From Kiritimatiellia bacterium (GTDB taxonomy: Bacteria; Verrucomicrobiota; Kiritimatiellia; RFP12; UBA1067), in contig JAZOQY010000037.1 of the NCBI GenBank assembly GCA_045656285.1, forward strand, positions 19,154 through 83,153: DNA of 64,000 nucleotides, written 5' to 3'. The position numbers and the translations under genes are program-made. The notes beneath the pieces are model-generated. The model was not told where the DNA came from. It saw only the letters and a program-made list of their open reading frames with translations, and made no database searches. Position 1 is the stretch's first letter. Each line of letters starts with the position of its first letter. Shown here in pieces: positions 17,898-27,552 of the stretch.

Positions 17898-18380
17898 TCA
17901 CCGCTCCAGCAAGGCTGCCGCATGAACTTCGATGCCGACGCCTGCGCCGACATCATCCATCTTCTCGTTCGTCTTGCCCTTAACGCTTACACGACCGACG
18001 CCGTCCTCTTCGCCGGGAAAAAGAATTTCGGCGAGGCGCTTTCGGATTGCGGCTATATGAGGCGAAAGTTTTGGTCTTTCGCAGATGACGGTCGCGTCCA
18101 CATTCCCGACGCGCCAACCGGCTCCATGAACTTCGGCTACGACCGCCTCGAGCAGTCTGGATGAGTCGGCGCCGCGCCACTTCTCGTCGGTATCGGGGAA
18201 GTGTGCGCCGATGTCGCCGAGAGCCGCCGCTCCAAGAAGCGCGTCGATTATCGCATGGATAAGCGCATCGGCATCGGAATGGCCCTTCAGGCCCTTTTCG
18301 TACGGTATCTCAATACCGCCGAGGAAGAGCTTTCGCCCTTCCTCGAAACGATGTGAATCATATCCGAAACCGACGCGCAT
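17898..18380 (-). CDS. ispF: 2-C-methyl-D-erythritol 2,4-cyclodiphosphate synthase
   Basis: GYDSHRF and [19 protein letters not shown] are present. The ATG directly abuts the purL stop (TAAATG). Confidence 0.95.
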   Translation of the reverse strand: MRVGFGYDSHRFEEGRKLFLGGIEIPYEKGLKGHSDADALIHAIIDALLGAAALGDIGAHFPDTDEKWRGADSSRLLEAVVAEVHGAGWRVGNVDATVICERPKLSPHIAAIRKRLAEILFPGEEDGVGRVSVKGKTNEKMDDVGAGVGIEVHAAALLER

Positions 18381-21300
18381 TTATTTGCCTTGGGTGGCGA
18401 AGCGGTAGGCGTTCTGGAACATGCGCATCCAGGGACCGTTCTCCTTGAAGACGCCCGGATTGTAGCTCAGCTGGCACGCTCTGAAGCCACGCTCTGGGTG
18501 AGGCATCATGATCGTCGCGCGACCGTCCGCCGACGTGAACGCCGTCTGGCCGCCGATGGATCCGTTCGGATTGTAGGGGTAGCGCTCGGTCGCGTTGCCG
18601 CGGCCGTCGACATAGTGAGCCGCACAAGTGCCGGGCGTAAAGCCGTCTGTCCAGACGCGACCCTCGCCGTGGGCGACTGCGATCGGCAAGCGCGAACCTT
18701 CCATTCCCTTGAAGAAGATGGACGGAGAAGGCTCGATCTCGATCGTCGCATAGCGCGCCTCGAACTGCTCGGAAACGTTGCGGACGAACTTCGGCCATGC
18801 TTCGGCGCCGGGGATGATATCCTTGAGCTGAGAGAGCATCTGGCAGCCGTTGCAGACGCCGAGCGAGAAAGTATCCTTGCGGGCGAAGAACTTGGCGAAC
18901 ATCGCCTTGAGGCGCTCATTGTAGAGGATCGAACGGGCCCAGCCGGAGCCGGCGCCCAAAACGTCTCCGTAGGAGAAGCCGCCGCACGCCACGAGGCCCT
19001 TGAAGTCGGCGAGATCGACCTTGCCGGAAATCAAATCGCTCATGTGGACGTCCTGGCAGTCGAAGCCGGCGAGCGAGAACGCCGCCGCCATTTCGATATG
19101 GCCGTTGACGCCCTGCTCGCGAAGAATGCACATCTTAGGCGCGGCCGCCTTTCCTCTAGCGCCTCTAGCGCTTCTAGCAAATCTAGCGTCAGGGTCGTAC
19201 GTCAGCTTGAAGGTGAGACCGGGATCCGTCTCGTCGAGACCGTTGTCGTACTCCTCCTTCGCGCAGACGGGATTGTCGCGGAGCGCCTGCATGCGGTAGG
19301 TCGTCTCGCTCCATGCGCGACGAAGATACGTAAGGTCGGTCTTGACCGCAAGACGCGAGCCGACCGAAACCTCGAAGTCTCTGGTGTCGTCGGGCTCGCC
19401 GATGACGACTGCAGGAACGCGGGCGGCCTTGAAGATCGCAAGAACATCCTTGAGACTCTCGTCTGCGACCTGAAGAACGGCGCCGGGCTGTTCGGTGAAG
19501 AGCTGGCCGAGAACATCGCCGTCGGGAAGCTCGACCTTGATGCCGCGACCGCCCGTAACCGCCATTTCGGCGAGCGTCACGACAATGCCGCCGTCGGAAC
19601 GGTCGTGATACGCAAGAGCCTTCTTCTCGCGGACAATCTTCTGCATCGCGTTGAAGAAGCGCTTGAGATCGGCGGCGTTGCAATCGGCGTAGGTGTTGCC
19701 GAGCTGGGTGTAGACCTGTGCGAGCGCGGTCGCGCCGAGCGGACACTCGCCGTTGCCGAGATCGACGTAGACGAGCTTCGACGCACCCGGCTTCAAATCG
19801 GGCGTAAGCGTAAGGCGAACGTCGTTCACGGGCGCAAAGCTCGAAATGACAAGCGAAAGAGGAGCGACCTGCTTCTTGTCTTCGCCCTTCGAATCCTTCC
19901 ACGTCGTGTGCATCGAGCAGGAATCCTTGCCGACGGGAATCGAAACACCGAGCTTCGGGCAGAAGTTCAAGCCGACTTCCTGGACGGTATCATAAAGGAT
20001 CGCATCTTCGCCGGGATCGCCGCAAGGCGCCATCCAGTTGGCCGAAAGACGGATCTGGCCGATGTCGCCGACGTCAGCGGCGGCGAGGTTAGTGATCGCC
20101 TCGGTAATCGCCATGCGACCGGAGGCGGGACCGTCGAGAAGCGCGATCGGAGTGCGCTCGCCCGTCGCCATCGCCTGGCCGTTGAAGGTCTTGTAGCCCA
20201 TCGTCGTGACGGCGCAGTCCGCCGCGGGAAGCTGATACTTGCCGACCATCTGGTCGCGCGCCACGCGGCCCGTAACCGTACGGTCGGTGATCGTAATGAG
20301 GAACGTCTTGTCGGCGACGGCGGGAAGATGGAGAACGCGAGTCAACGCGTCAATCGGCTTGACGCCCTCGAAATTCGCGGCCTTGCGGACCTGCTTGACG
20401 CGCTTGACGTTGCGGACCATGCGCGGAGGCTTGCCGAGAAGAACCTTGATGTCCATGTCGATGGGCTTGTCGCCGAAATGCTCGTCCTCGAGGATAAGCT
20501 GGCCATCTCCTGTCGCGACACCGATAAACGCCACGGGGCAGCGCTCGCGCTCGCAGAGAGACTCGAAGAACGCTTTGGCCTCCGGCTTAAGGGCGAGAAC
20601 GTAACGCTCCTGAGCCTCGCAGCACCAGATCTCCATCGGATTCATCGACTTCTCTTCGTTGTGGATCGAGCGAAGAGAGAACTTGCCGCCCGTAGCCTCG
20701 ACGAGCTCGGGGCAGCCGTTCGAAAGACCGCCCGCGCCGATATCGTGGATCGAAAGGATCGGATTGGCCTTGCCGAGCGAGGAGCAAGCGTCGATTACGC
20801 CCTGGCAGCGACGCTGCATTTCGGCGTTGCCGCGCTGAACGGAGTTGAAGTCGAGAGCCTCGGAGTTGGTGCCCGTCATCATCGAGCTGGCCGCACCGCC
20901 GCCGAGACCGATGCGCATGGCGGGACCGCCGATCTGAACGATGAGAGAGCCGACCTTGACGGGCTTCTTCTGAACCTGGCTGTTGCGGATGGAGCCCATG
21001 CCGCCCGCAAGCATGATCGGCTTGTGGTAGCCGCGCAGCTCGCCCGCGATTTCGCCTTCATAGGTGCGGAAGAAACCGCAAAGCTGAGGACGGCCAAACT
21101 CGTTGCCGAACGCCGCGCCGCCGATTGGACCCTCGGTCATGATCTGAAGAGGCGTCGCAAGGCGAGTCGGGAAGTCGGCGAAAATGCGCTCCCAGGGCTG
21201 AGGGAAGCCGGGGATGCGGAGATTGGAGACCATGAAGCCGCAGATGCCCGCGAGCGTGCAGGAGCCGGCGCCAGTCGCCGCCTCGTCGCGGATTTCGCCG

Positions 21301-22205
21301 CCGACGCCGGTCGCCGCGCCCGGATAGGGCGAGATCGCCGTCGGATGGTTGTGGGTCTCGACCTTCATGAGCTGATCGAGATCGTCCTTCTTGAAAGCGT
21401 ACGAATTTGTCTTCGGATTGATCGAGAAGACGTCGGTCTTGAAGCCGGCGATGACGGACGAATTGTCCTTGTATGCCGAAAGCGTGTCCTTCGGACGCTT
21501 GGCGTGGGTATTCTTGATCATCTCGAAAAGCGACTTCTTCTGGCGCTTGCCGTCGATGATGAATTCGGCGCCGAAGATCTTGTGGCGGCAATGCTCGGAG
21601 TTTACCTGACCGAACATCACGAGCTCGGTATCGGTCGGGTTGCGTCCGGCCGCTGCGAAGCTCTTGGCGAGATACTCCATCTCAGGCTCGGATATGGCAA
21701 GCCCGAGTTCGTCGTTGGCCTCGCGGATGGCCTCGATGCCCTTTGAAAGAACGTCGAAAATCCTGCCGGGCTTGGGCTCGCCCGCCTCGAAAAGATCGGC
21801 GATATCCTCGTAGACGCCCTCGGTCATCTTGTCGTAGAGCGCCGCAAAGCACTGCTCGGGAAGCACCTTCGAGGTCTTGAAGCGGATGCCGCGCTCGACG
21901 CGCTCGATCGACTTGAGATCGCAGTTGTGGAAAATGTCGGTGGCCTTGGTGCTCCAGGGGGAAATCGTGCCCTTTCTCGGAGTGACGAAGAAGTCTGCGT
22001 CATCGCACTGGCCTTCGGCGTTGAGCAGCACGCCCGCGCGCTGAAGCTCCTCTACGGCGAACGAGCCATCCTTCATCTTGAGAGCGTAAACCCACTTCGC
22101 GTCGATCTCGACAGGGCCGAGCGCAGGATCGAGCTTGGCGATGGCGTCTTTGATCGCATCAAGCCTGAACGGTGAATAAGCATCGGAACCGATAAGAAGA
22201 ATCAT
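18381..22205 (-). CDS. purL: Phosphoribosylformylglycinamidine synthase, single-chain (large) type
   Basis: The start is ATG 22205, preceded by a GGAGAG SD. The product is about 1274 aa. GVCNGCQM is the C-terminal glutaminase nucleophile context. Confidence 0.95.
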   Translation of the reverse strand: MILLIGSDAYSPFRLDAIKDAIAKLDPALGPVEIDAKWVYALKMKDGSFAVEELQRAGVLLNAEGQCDDADFFVTPRKGTISPWSTKATDIFHNCDLKSIERVERGIRFKTSKVLPEQCFAALYDKMTEGVYEDIADLFEAGEPKPGRIFDVLSKGIEAIREANDELGLAISEPEMEYLAKSFAAAGRNPTDTELVMFGQVNSEHCRHKIFGAEFIIDGKRQKKSLFEMIKNTHAKRPKDTLSAYKDNSSVIAGFKTDVFSINPKTNSYAFKKDDLDQLMKVETHNHPTAISPYPGAATGVGGEIRDEAATGAGSCTLAGICGFMVSNLRIPGFPQPWERIFADFPTRLATPLQIMTEGPIGGAAFGNEFGRPQLCGFFRTYEGEIAGELRGYHKPIMLAGGMGSIRNSQVQKKPVKVGSLIVQIGGPAMRIGLGGGAASSMMTGTNSEALDFNSVQRGNAEMQRRCQGVIDACSSLGKANPILSIHDIGAGGLSNGCPELVEATGGKFSLRSIHNEEKSMNPMEIWCCEAQERYVLALKPEAKAFFESLCERERCPVAFIGVATGDGQLILEDEHFGDKPIDMDIKVLLGKPPRMVRNVKRVKQVRKAANFEGVKPIDALTRVLHLPAVADKTFLITITDRTVTGRVARDQMVGKYQLPAADCAVTTMGYKTFNGQAMATGERTPIALLDGPASGRMAITEAITNLAAADVGDIGQIRLSANWMAPCGDPGEDAILYDTVQEVGLNFCPKLGVSIPVGKDSCSMHTTWKDSKGEDKKQVAPLSLVISSFAPVNDVRLTLTPDLKPGASKLVYVDLGNGECPLGATALAQVYTQLGNTYADCNAADLKRFFNAMQKIVREKKALAYHDRSDGGIVVTLAEMAVTGGRGIKVELPDGDVLGQLFTEQPGAVLQVADESLKDVLAIFKAARVPAVVIGEPDDTRDFEVSVGSRLAVKTDLTYLRRAWSETTYRMQALRDNPVCAKEEYDNGLDETDPGLTFKLTYDPDARFARSARGARGKAAAPKMCILREQGVNGHIEMAAAFSLAGFDCQDVHMSDLISGKVDLADFKGLVACGGFSYGDVLGAGSGWARSILYNERLKAMFAKFFARKDTFSLGVCNGCQMLSQLKDIIPGAEAWPKFVRNVSEQFEARYATIEIEPSPSIFFKGMEGSRLPIAVAHGEGRVWTDGFTPGTCAAHYVDGRGNATERYPYNPNGSIGGQTAFTSADGRATIMMPHPERGFRACQLSYNPGVFKENGPWMRMFQNAYRFATQGK
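19153..19188. repeat. Four imperfect tandem 9-nt units inside purL
   Basis: The units are cctctagcg, cctctagcg, cttctagca and aatctagcg. On the coding strand they encode [12 protein letters not shown]. Four CTAG tetranucleotides fall within 36 nt. Confidence 0.8.
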
Positions 22206-22253
22206 TTTTTTCTCTCCAGCAAGGTAAACTATTATAAAGAAAATATTGCTGAT

Positions 22254-22262
22254 ATTATACCA
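22254..22262 (-). promoter_or_regulatory. Extended -10 promoter TGGTATAAT (purL-ispF)
   Basis: The leader would be about 42 nt and contains a GGAGAG SD. A second TATAAT lies at 22231-22236. Confidence 0.55.
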
Positions 22263-22503
22263 TATTCGAACCACGGCTGACGAATAAAATCATCGACGGA
22301 ATCTCCACGCGCTTTTCACTCGTGCCCGGCCGGGATCAACTATGGCAGCCTGCAAAAACACCTGAAACACGTTGGTTCCGGACATTGAACGACAGGACGG
22401 CAAACCAATCGCCGCACATGGAATACCCATGTTCGTGAAAGAGGGGATTTGGAGTTCAATCAGAAAAAAACACTGAAACTTCTACGCCTTCTGACAATCA
22501 AAA

Positions 22504-22579
22504 TGGTGGAGAAGAAGAGATTCGAACTCTCGACCCCCACGTTGCGAACGTGATGCTCTACCAACTGAGCTACTTCCCC
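22504..22579 (-). tRNA. tRNA-Ala: tRNA-Ala (anticodon CGC), CCA encoded
   Basis: Hand-folded, 76 nt. The acceptor stem GGGGAAG/CTTCTCC carries the G3:U70 alanine identity pair. The anticodon loop is TTCGCAA and the T loop is TTCGAAT. Confidence 0.9.
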
Positions 22580-22599
22580 ATCTCGGCGAAACGTGGGAT

Positions 22600-22608
22600 A
22601 TTATATCA
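22600..22608 (-). promoter_or_regulatory. Extended -10 promoter TGATATAAT (tRNA-Ala)
   Basis: 20 nt lie between the hexamer and the tRNA 5' end. Confidence 0.6.
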
Positions 22609-22720
22609 TTTACTGATTTTATTATCAAGGGGGAATTTGATCAAAACATTTCCCCGCATTCTGATGATGACGTGATGCGACACACCAAATGAGCCTGAAG
22701 TCAAAAACAGGAAACCCGAA

Positions 22721-23359
22721 TTATAATGTTCCCGCGAAATCAGCGAGGATTTTCAAACACTTTTTCAGATTCTCCAGATACTGCCCTGGCATCGAGCCGG
22801 AACCTTCGACATCGCTTATGCACTTGTACGAGACAAACTCGACGCCGGCCGTCTCGCACACATGCGCAATCGCCGCGCCCTCCATGTCGCGCAAAGACAC
22901 GCCCAGCCTCTTGAGCAGAACGCTGTCGTCGGCGCTGTCGTTGAATCTGTCGCCGGTACCGAGAGTCTTCGACGCAAAACGCCCGTCGGTTTTGCAGGGG
23001 ATGAAAGGCGTGTCACGCTCATTCAACGTGCCCATCTCGGTGCCGTTGATCTGAACCAGGTCGAAATCGTACTGAACGGCATCGGCGACCTCGTAGATCT
23101 CGCCGACCGACATCGTCGGCTCAAGGCCTCCCGAAACGCCGAGATTCAAGACGCGCTTCGTCCCGGTCTCCTGTATCGCCAGCTGGGTCGCGGCGGCCGC
23201 GTTCGACTTCCCGACTCCGGAGACGACAAGAAACGCCTCCTCGCCGTTAAGCATCCCCCGCACGACACGGCGGCCGAAAAGACAGCTCTCGACAGCATTC
23301 TCAAGATTTGAAACGACGCAATCCGCCTCGTTGTTCATAGCAATCACAAAAACCTTCAT
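22721..23359 (-). CDS. Nucleosidase of the MTA/SAH-nucleosidase (PNP_UDP_1) family, MtnN- or MqnB-like
   Basis: 212 aa. SGVGKSNAAAAT, DRFNDS and LRDMEGAAIA follow the family pattern. Confidence 0.75.
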   Translation of the reverse strand: MKVFVIAMNNEADCVVSNLENAVESCLFGRRVVRGMLNGEEAFLVVSGVGKSNAAAATQLAIQETGTKRVLNLGVSGGLEPTMSVGEIYEVADAVQYDFDLVQINGTEMGTLNERDTPFIPCKTDGRFASKTLGTGDRFNDSADDSVLLKRLGVSLRDMEGAAIAHVCETAGVEFVSYKCISDVEGSGSMPGQYLENLKKCLKILADFAGTL

Positions 23360-24645
23360 CTTACCTCAAGCCTCCTCAAAGACAGTTCAAAATCAAACTT
23401 CGCCCTTTCATGGTTGATATCGGTCCACGATTGCTCCGGAGATCTTTCGTAGACTATCCTGCCGTCGACTATCGTCATCAAGACGTCGCCCGCATGAACG
23501 CTGTGGACGACAAGATTCGCCGCATCGACGCACGGCTTCAGATGAGGCCTGTCGAGCGCGATTACGCACAGATCGGCCGCTTTGCCGACGGCGATTTCGC
23601 CCGTATCGGAACGGCCGAGCGCCTTGGCGCCGTTCACTGTCGCCATCTCGACAACCTCCCACGGAGGAAGAACCGTCGGATCGAGCGCGGCACCCTTGTG
23701 GATCAGCGAAGCCAAATGCATCTCCTCGAACATGTCGAGATTGTCATTCGACGCCGGTCCGTCAGTTCCGAGCGCCACGTTGACCCCCGTTTCGACGGCG
23801 CGGCAAATGCGCGCAAAGCCGCTTCCCAGCTTCATGTTGCTGGACGGATTATGGACGAGACTTACGTTGCGCTCGGCCATGATCTTGAAATCGTCATCCG
23901 TGCACCATACGCAATGCGCCGCATAGCCGCCGTAATCCAGCAGCCCCGTCTCCGCAAGATACGCTATCGGCGTCTTGCCGTGACGCGAGATGCATTCCTC
24001 GTGTTCGCGCCTGGTCTCCGAAACATGGACGTTGAGAGGCCGTTTGAATTCATGGTTCGCCTCGGCGAGCGCCCGGCAAAAATCCCTGTTCGTCAAATAT
24101 TCGGAATGGATACACATATCCGCGATAAGGCGCCCGTTCGAATCGCCGAAATTCCTGACGAAATCGACGCATTCCTCTAGCCGCCCTTCTGGAGTGCCGT
24201 CGCCGAACGCCAATCCCGGACGGCAGACGTTGCCTTTGATGCCCGTCTCCGCAAGCGCCGCCGCGCCAGCGAGAGAATGCTCATACATGTCGGCTACACA
24301 GGTGACGCCGCCCGCCAAAAGCTCCATCGCGCCCCAGGTCATTCCCGCGGCGACATCCTCGTCCGTCAGTTTTGCCTCTACAGGGAATATCGCCTCTTCA
24401 AGCCATCTCTTGAGCGGAAGCCCGCCGCCGACGCCGCGCAGCAGAGTCATCGGAGCGTGGCAATGGGCGTTGACGAGACCCGGCATCACGATCGCACCGG
24501 CAAGATCGACACCGCGCGGAGACACGGCGCGCTCTTCGGGAGAGAGAAGGATCTTCGCAATCCTGCCGTCCTCGATCGAGATGTCTCCGACGGCCGTCTT
24601 GCGGCCGGGCAGAAGCATCTGGCAGTTGTTCAGGACAAGGTTCAT
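23356..24645 (-). CDS. Amidohydrolase, MTA/SAH deaminase (MtaD)-like
   Basis: 429 aa. PGLVNAHCHAPMTLLRG carries the HxH metal motif, and HVSET and GTDGPASN are present. The stop overlaps the nucleosidase start. Confidence 0.85.
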   Translation of the reverse strand: MNLVLNNCQMLLPGRKTAVGDISIEDGRIAKILLSPEERAVSPRGVDLAGAIVMPGLVNAHCHAPMTLLRGVGGGLPLKRWLEEAIFPVEAKLTDEDVAAGMTWGAMELLAGGVTCVADMYEHSLAGAAALAETGIKGNVCRPGLAFGDGTPEGRLEECVDFVRNFGDSNGRLIADMCIHSEYLTNRDFCRALAEANHEFKRPLNVHVSETRREHEECISRHGKTPIAYLAETGLLDYGGYAAHCVWCTDDDFKIMAERNVSLVHNPSSNMKLGSGFARICRAVETGVNVALGTDGPASNDNLDMFEEMHLASLIHKGAALDPTVLPPWEVVEMATVNGAKALGRSDTGEIAVGKAADLCVIALDRPHLKPCVDAANLVVHSVHAGDVLMTIVDGRIVYERSPEQSWTDINHERAKFDFELSLRRLEVR

Positions 24646-24651
24646 AAGACC

Positions 24652-25599
24652 TCACATGACACGATCGCCCCAAAGGGGAAGTACGGCCTCGACTCCCGCA
24701 TTCTCAAGATTGGCCTTTACTTTCATCCCGTCGGAGTAGGACCAGCGCCACTGCTTTTTGGAATGCGTCAACTCTTCGATATGGCCGACCAGCACCTTTC
24801 CGGGATGGACGGCCCCGACCGAAGCCTTTACGGGATCCATTCCGCAATAGGGGTGAACGACCCAGAGATCAGGCTTTCTCGAAAACTTCAACTTCGAACT
24901 GTCAGAGCAGTCCCCTGTATGGCAAAGAGTGAACTCGCCCATGTGGATCTCGTAGAAAGTCGTGAAATCGGCAAGATAGGCGTTGTGATCGCAAAGCCCC
25001 GTCTTTACCGTCACATCGCCGAAGATGAATGTCTTGGCCGCACGGGTAAAGCCTCCGTTCATGCGCCAGTTCTTCGCTCCGTAGTTGTCGAGAAAATTCG
25101 AGACGACAGTCTTGCCCGACGAGTTCATCGCGCTGTAGAAAGGTCTCGTCCAGTGGTCGCTGTGATTGTGGGTGATAAGCGCAAAATCAAGAAGCGGCGC
25201 CAGCTCGGCCGCGCGTGGATGGACCAGATCGATCGCAAACACTTTGGTCGCGCTCTTGACGACGACACCCATGTTGTAGAGGTACCATATGCGGGGCTTG
25301 CCGGGGGCTACGGCTTCGGCGGCGCGAACTTCGCGCAACACCTTGTCGAAAGCGGCATCAAGCCTCTTGAGCGCGGCGAAAGAGCGGGTGTCGCCATCCT
25401 TCAGATACTTGATGTAGTCCTCTCTTGAAACAAGATCGTTTTCCCGCTGGAGCACCGCCAGATCACGGGTCGAACAATCAGGCGCAAAAGAGACGCACCC
25501 CGTCGCAGCACCGAGCGCGGCAAACGAGATGCCGGCTTTGACGAAACTTCGGCGATCCATTCCTTCGGCGAAATTTTCCATATCACTCCCTTCCGTCAC
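24652..25599 (-). CDS. MBL-fold metallo-hydrolase with Tat signal, possibly a lipoprotein
   Basis: HNHSDHW is the HxHxDH motif. DRRSFVKAG is a twin-arginine motif, followed by LGAATGC. Candidate starts are GTG 25599 (GTGA overlap), ATG 25581 and ATG 25560. Confidence 0.7.
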   Translation of the reverse strand: MTEGSDMENFAEGMDRRSFVKAGISFAALGAATGCVSFAPDCSTRDLAVLQRENDLVSREDYIKYLKDGDTRSFAALKRLDAAFDKVLREVRAAEAVAPGKPRIWYLYNMGVVVKSATKVFAIDLVHPRAAELAPLLDFALITHNHSDHWTRPFYSAMNSSGKTVVSNFLDNYGAKNWRMNGGFTRAAKTFIFGDVTVKTGLCDHNAYLADFTTFYEIHMGEFTLCHTGDCSDSSKLKFSRKPDLWVVHPYCGMDPVKASVGAVHPGKVLVGHIEELTHSKKQWRWSYSDGMKVKANLENAGVEAVLPLWGDRVM

Positions 25600-27548
25600 C
25601 GGACTGCGGCAGCAGCAAGCGGTTTGAGTTCGACGACAACAGGCGCATGATCCGAAACAAGGCGCTCTTCGACAACCCGCCGCGACAGGACTTCGTATGA
25701 CTTTTCATGGGCAGAATCCACGGCGATGTAGTCTATGCACTTGCCGTTGAATTCGGCAGGATACTTCTTAAGCACTCCGTGGAATGTAAAGGCATCTTCA
25801 GGGGTCAGAATCGACATGAACTCCTTGATTTTGCCGACGAAGCGGGATCTTGGCTGGGAATTCCAATCTCCGGTCAGGAACACCGGCTTTGTCTTTGCGC
25901 GGGCAAGAACCTCAATCTTCAGCACGCTCGCCAGAAAATCCCACGAAACTCGATTGTACTCACGGGCCAGCATCAGCTTCTTCTCGGCCAGGGCAATATG
26001 CTCGGCGACCATTTCCATGCTTGATTCCGGGAACGGCACAGACGACGTGTGTGGAGCAAATCTCAAATTCTTCTGCGGAACAAAGCGAAGCGGCAAATGG
26101 GTGACCCCCACCCAGCAGTCTTCAAATTCGCACATCAGCAAAACGCGAGGCTCTTCGCCGCCAAGCTTGAGCGTGTCGACACGCAGCGGTTTTTCGCGGG
26201 AAAACAGAGCCACTCCGTATTCGCCGCCGTCAAACCTTATCGCTCTTGAAAAATTCCAGTTCGTTATGCACAACCGGTTTTCGCGGAACATTCTTTCGAG
26301 TTCTGCGCAGGTATTCGTACGGCCGGTGCGACCGGTATGCATATCCACTTCCTGAAGAGCCACAAAGCGCGGTTTTTCGGCGGAAATCACAGCAGCGCAC
26401 CGGGCAAGATCAAAGCCTTTGTCGGAAGTCTCGCCGTGACGGATGTTGTATGTCATCATCTTGAACGATCCATCCGCAGCAAACGCAAAAGACGGCAGGA
26501 TCAGAAGAGACAGAAGAATCGCTTTAGGCATCTTCCTCTTGCCGCCCATACGGCCTCTGGAGAGCATCGCCGCGGCCAGGAGAAAGGCTATCCCCGGCAC
26601 AAGAAACCACACATACTTCTCTGCAAGAACATCCATCTCCTCCTCCTTGTTTTGCGTTTCCACCTGACTCAACAGATTTCTGTAGATATCACCCAACGTC
26701 GTCTTGGCCGTGCTGGCGGTGGCAAGCGGAACATAACGCCCGCCGGAAACCTCGGCAACCTTCCGAAGACAATCCTCCTCAAGACGCGACATCACCTTTT
26801 CGCCTTCGTGCATCACGTAATCGCCGTCCTCGTCCATAACCGGCGAAGGTTTGTCGGGATCGCCGATGCCGATCGCAAAAATCGGAACTCCGCGCTTTTT
26901 GGCCTCGCGGGCTTCTTCAAGAGCCCTCCCCTTCAAATCTCCGCCGTCGGATATGATTATGATCGCGCTGCGGCGGGCCTTCGCGCCGTCCTTGCCGTCT
27001 ATCTGAGAAATCAGCTTGAGAGATGCGCTGATCGCTCCGCCGATGTTAGTCTCGCCCGCAGGGGCGGAGACGCACGAAACCGAATTGAGGGAGTCTCTCA
27101 AAAAAACCTCATCCGTCGTAAGAGGCGAAAGCGCAACACCGCTGCGCCTAAAGGCGACAAGCGCGCATCTGTCACCGTCAAGAGAATCGATCAGATCCAC
27201 AATATCCGACTTTGCCCGCTCAAGCCTGTTCGGACGGACGTCGCGCGCAAGCATCGAACGGGAGACGTCAATCGCGACAACGACGTTTCTGTCCGTGACG
27301 GGAACCGTCTCCGATACATTGCCCCAACGAGGCCGCGCCGCCGCCAGAAGAACGAGAACCAGTCCGATCCCCATCAACGGCAATTGAAAACGCTGGAGCA
27401 GAGGATTTGGCGCATCCGCCATGAGCCGCCGGACGGCCTTGCGCCTGCGGGCTGCAAGAAATGCGCAGACAAACAGCAGGGCGGGAACGAGAAATATGGC
27501 CAGAAGCACATAAGGATAGAGAAAATACCTGTCCAAACCCCAAAGCAT
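25596..27548 (-). CDS. BatA-like membrane vWA protein fused in frame to an endonuclease/exonuclease/phosphatase (EEP) domain
   Basis: 650 aa. An N-terminal TM is followed by the MIDAS motif DVSRSM and a C-terminal TM (VWFLVPGIAFLLAAAML). An internal signal-peptide-like segment MPKAILLSLLILPSFAFA comes next. The EEP domain follows, with YNIRHG, QEVD, GDWN and SDHAPV. Confidence 0.8.
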   Translation of the reverse strand: MLWGLDRYFLYPYVLLAIFLVPALLFVCAFLAARRRKAVRRLMADAPNPLLQRFQLPLMGIGLVLVLLAAARPRWGNVSETVPVTDRNVVVAIDVSRSMLARDVRPNRLERAKSDIVDLIDSLDGDRCALVAFRRSGVALSPLTTDEVFLRDSLNSVSCVSAPAGETNIGGAISASLKLISQIDGKDGAKARRSAIIIISDGGDLKGRALEEAREAKKRGVPIFAIGIGDPDKPSPVMDEDGDYVMHEGEKVMSRLEEDCLRKVAEVSGGRYVPLATASTAKTTLGDIYRNLLSQVETQNKEEEMDVLAEKYVWFLVPGIAFLLAAAMLSRGRMGGKRKMPKAILLSLLILPSFAFAADGSFKMMTYNIRHGETSDKGFDLARCAAVISAEKPRFVALQEVDMHTGRTGRTNTCAELERMFRENRLCITNWNFSRAIRFDGGEYGVALFSREKPLRVDTLKLGGEEPRVLLMCEFEDCWVGVTHLPLRFVPQKNLRFAPHTSSVPFPESSMEMVAEHIALAEKKLMLAREYNRVSWDFLASVLKIEVLARAKTKPVFLTGDWNSQPRSRFVGKIKEFMSILTPEDAFTFHGVLKKYPAEFNGKCIDYIAVDSAHEKSYEVLSRRVVEERLVSDHAPVVVELKPLAAAAVR

Positions 27549-27552
27549 AACC

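Noticed and set aside
18390-21746. An 1118-aa plus-strand ORF antisense to purL
   Set aside because: The translation is an Arg/Ala/Gly/Leu-rich low-complexity string with no motif. The opposite strand encodes an unmistakable full-length PurL. Long antisense ORFs are expected in GC-rich coding DNA.
22206-22503. A purine or ZTP riboswitch upstream of purL
   Set aside because: Most of the region lies upstream of the predicted -10 element. The conserved purine-riboswitch junctions and the ZTP pseudoknot sequences are not visible.
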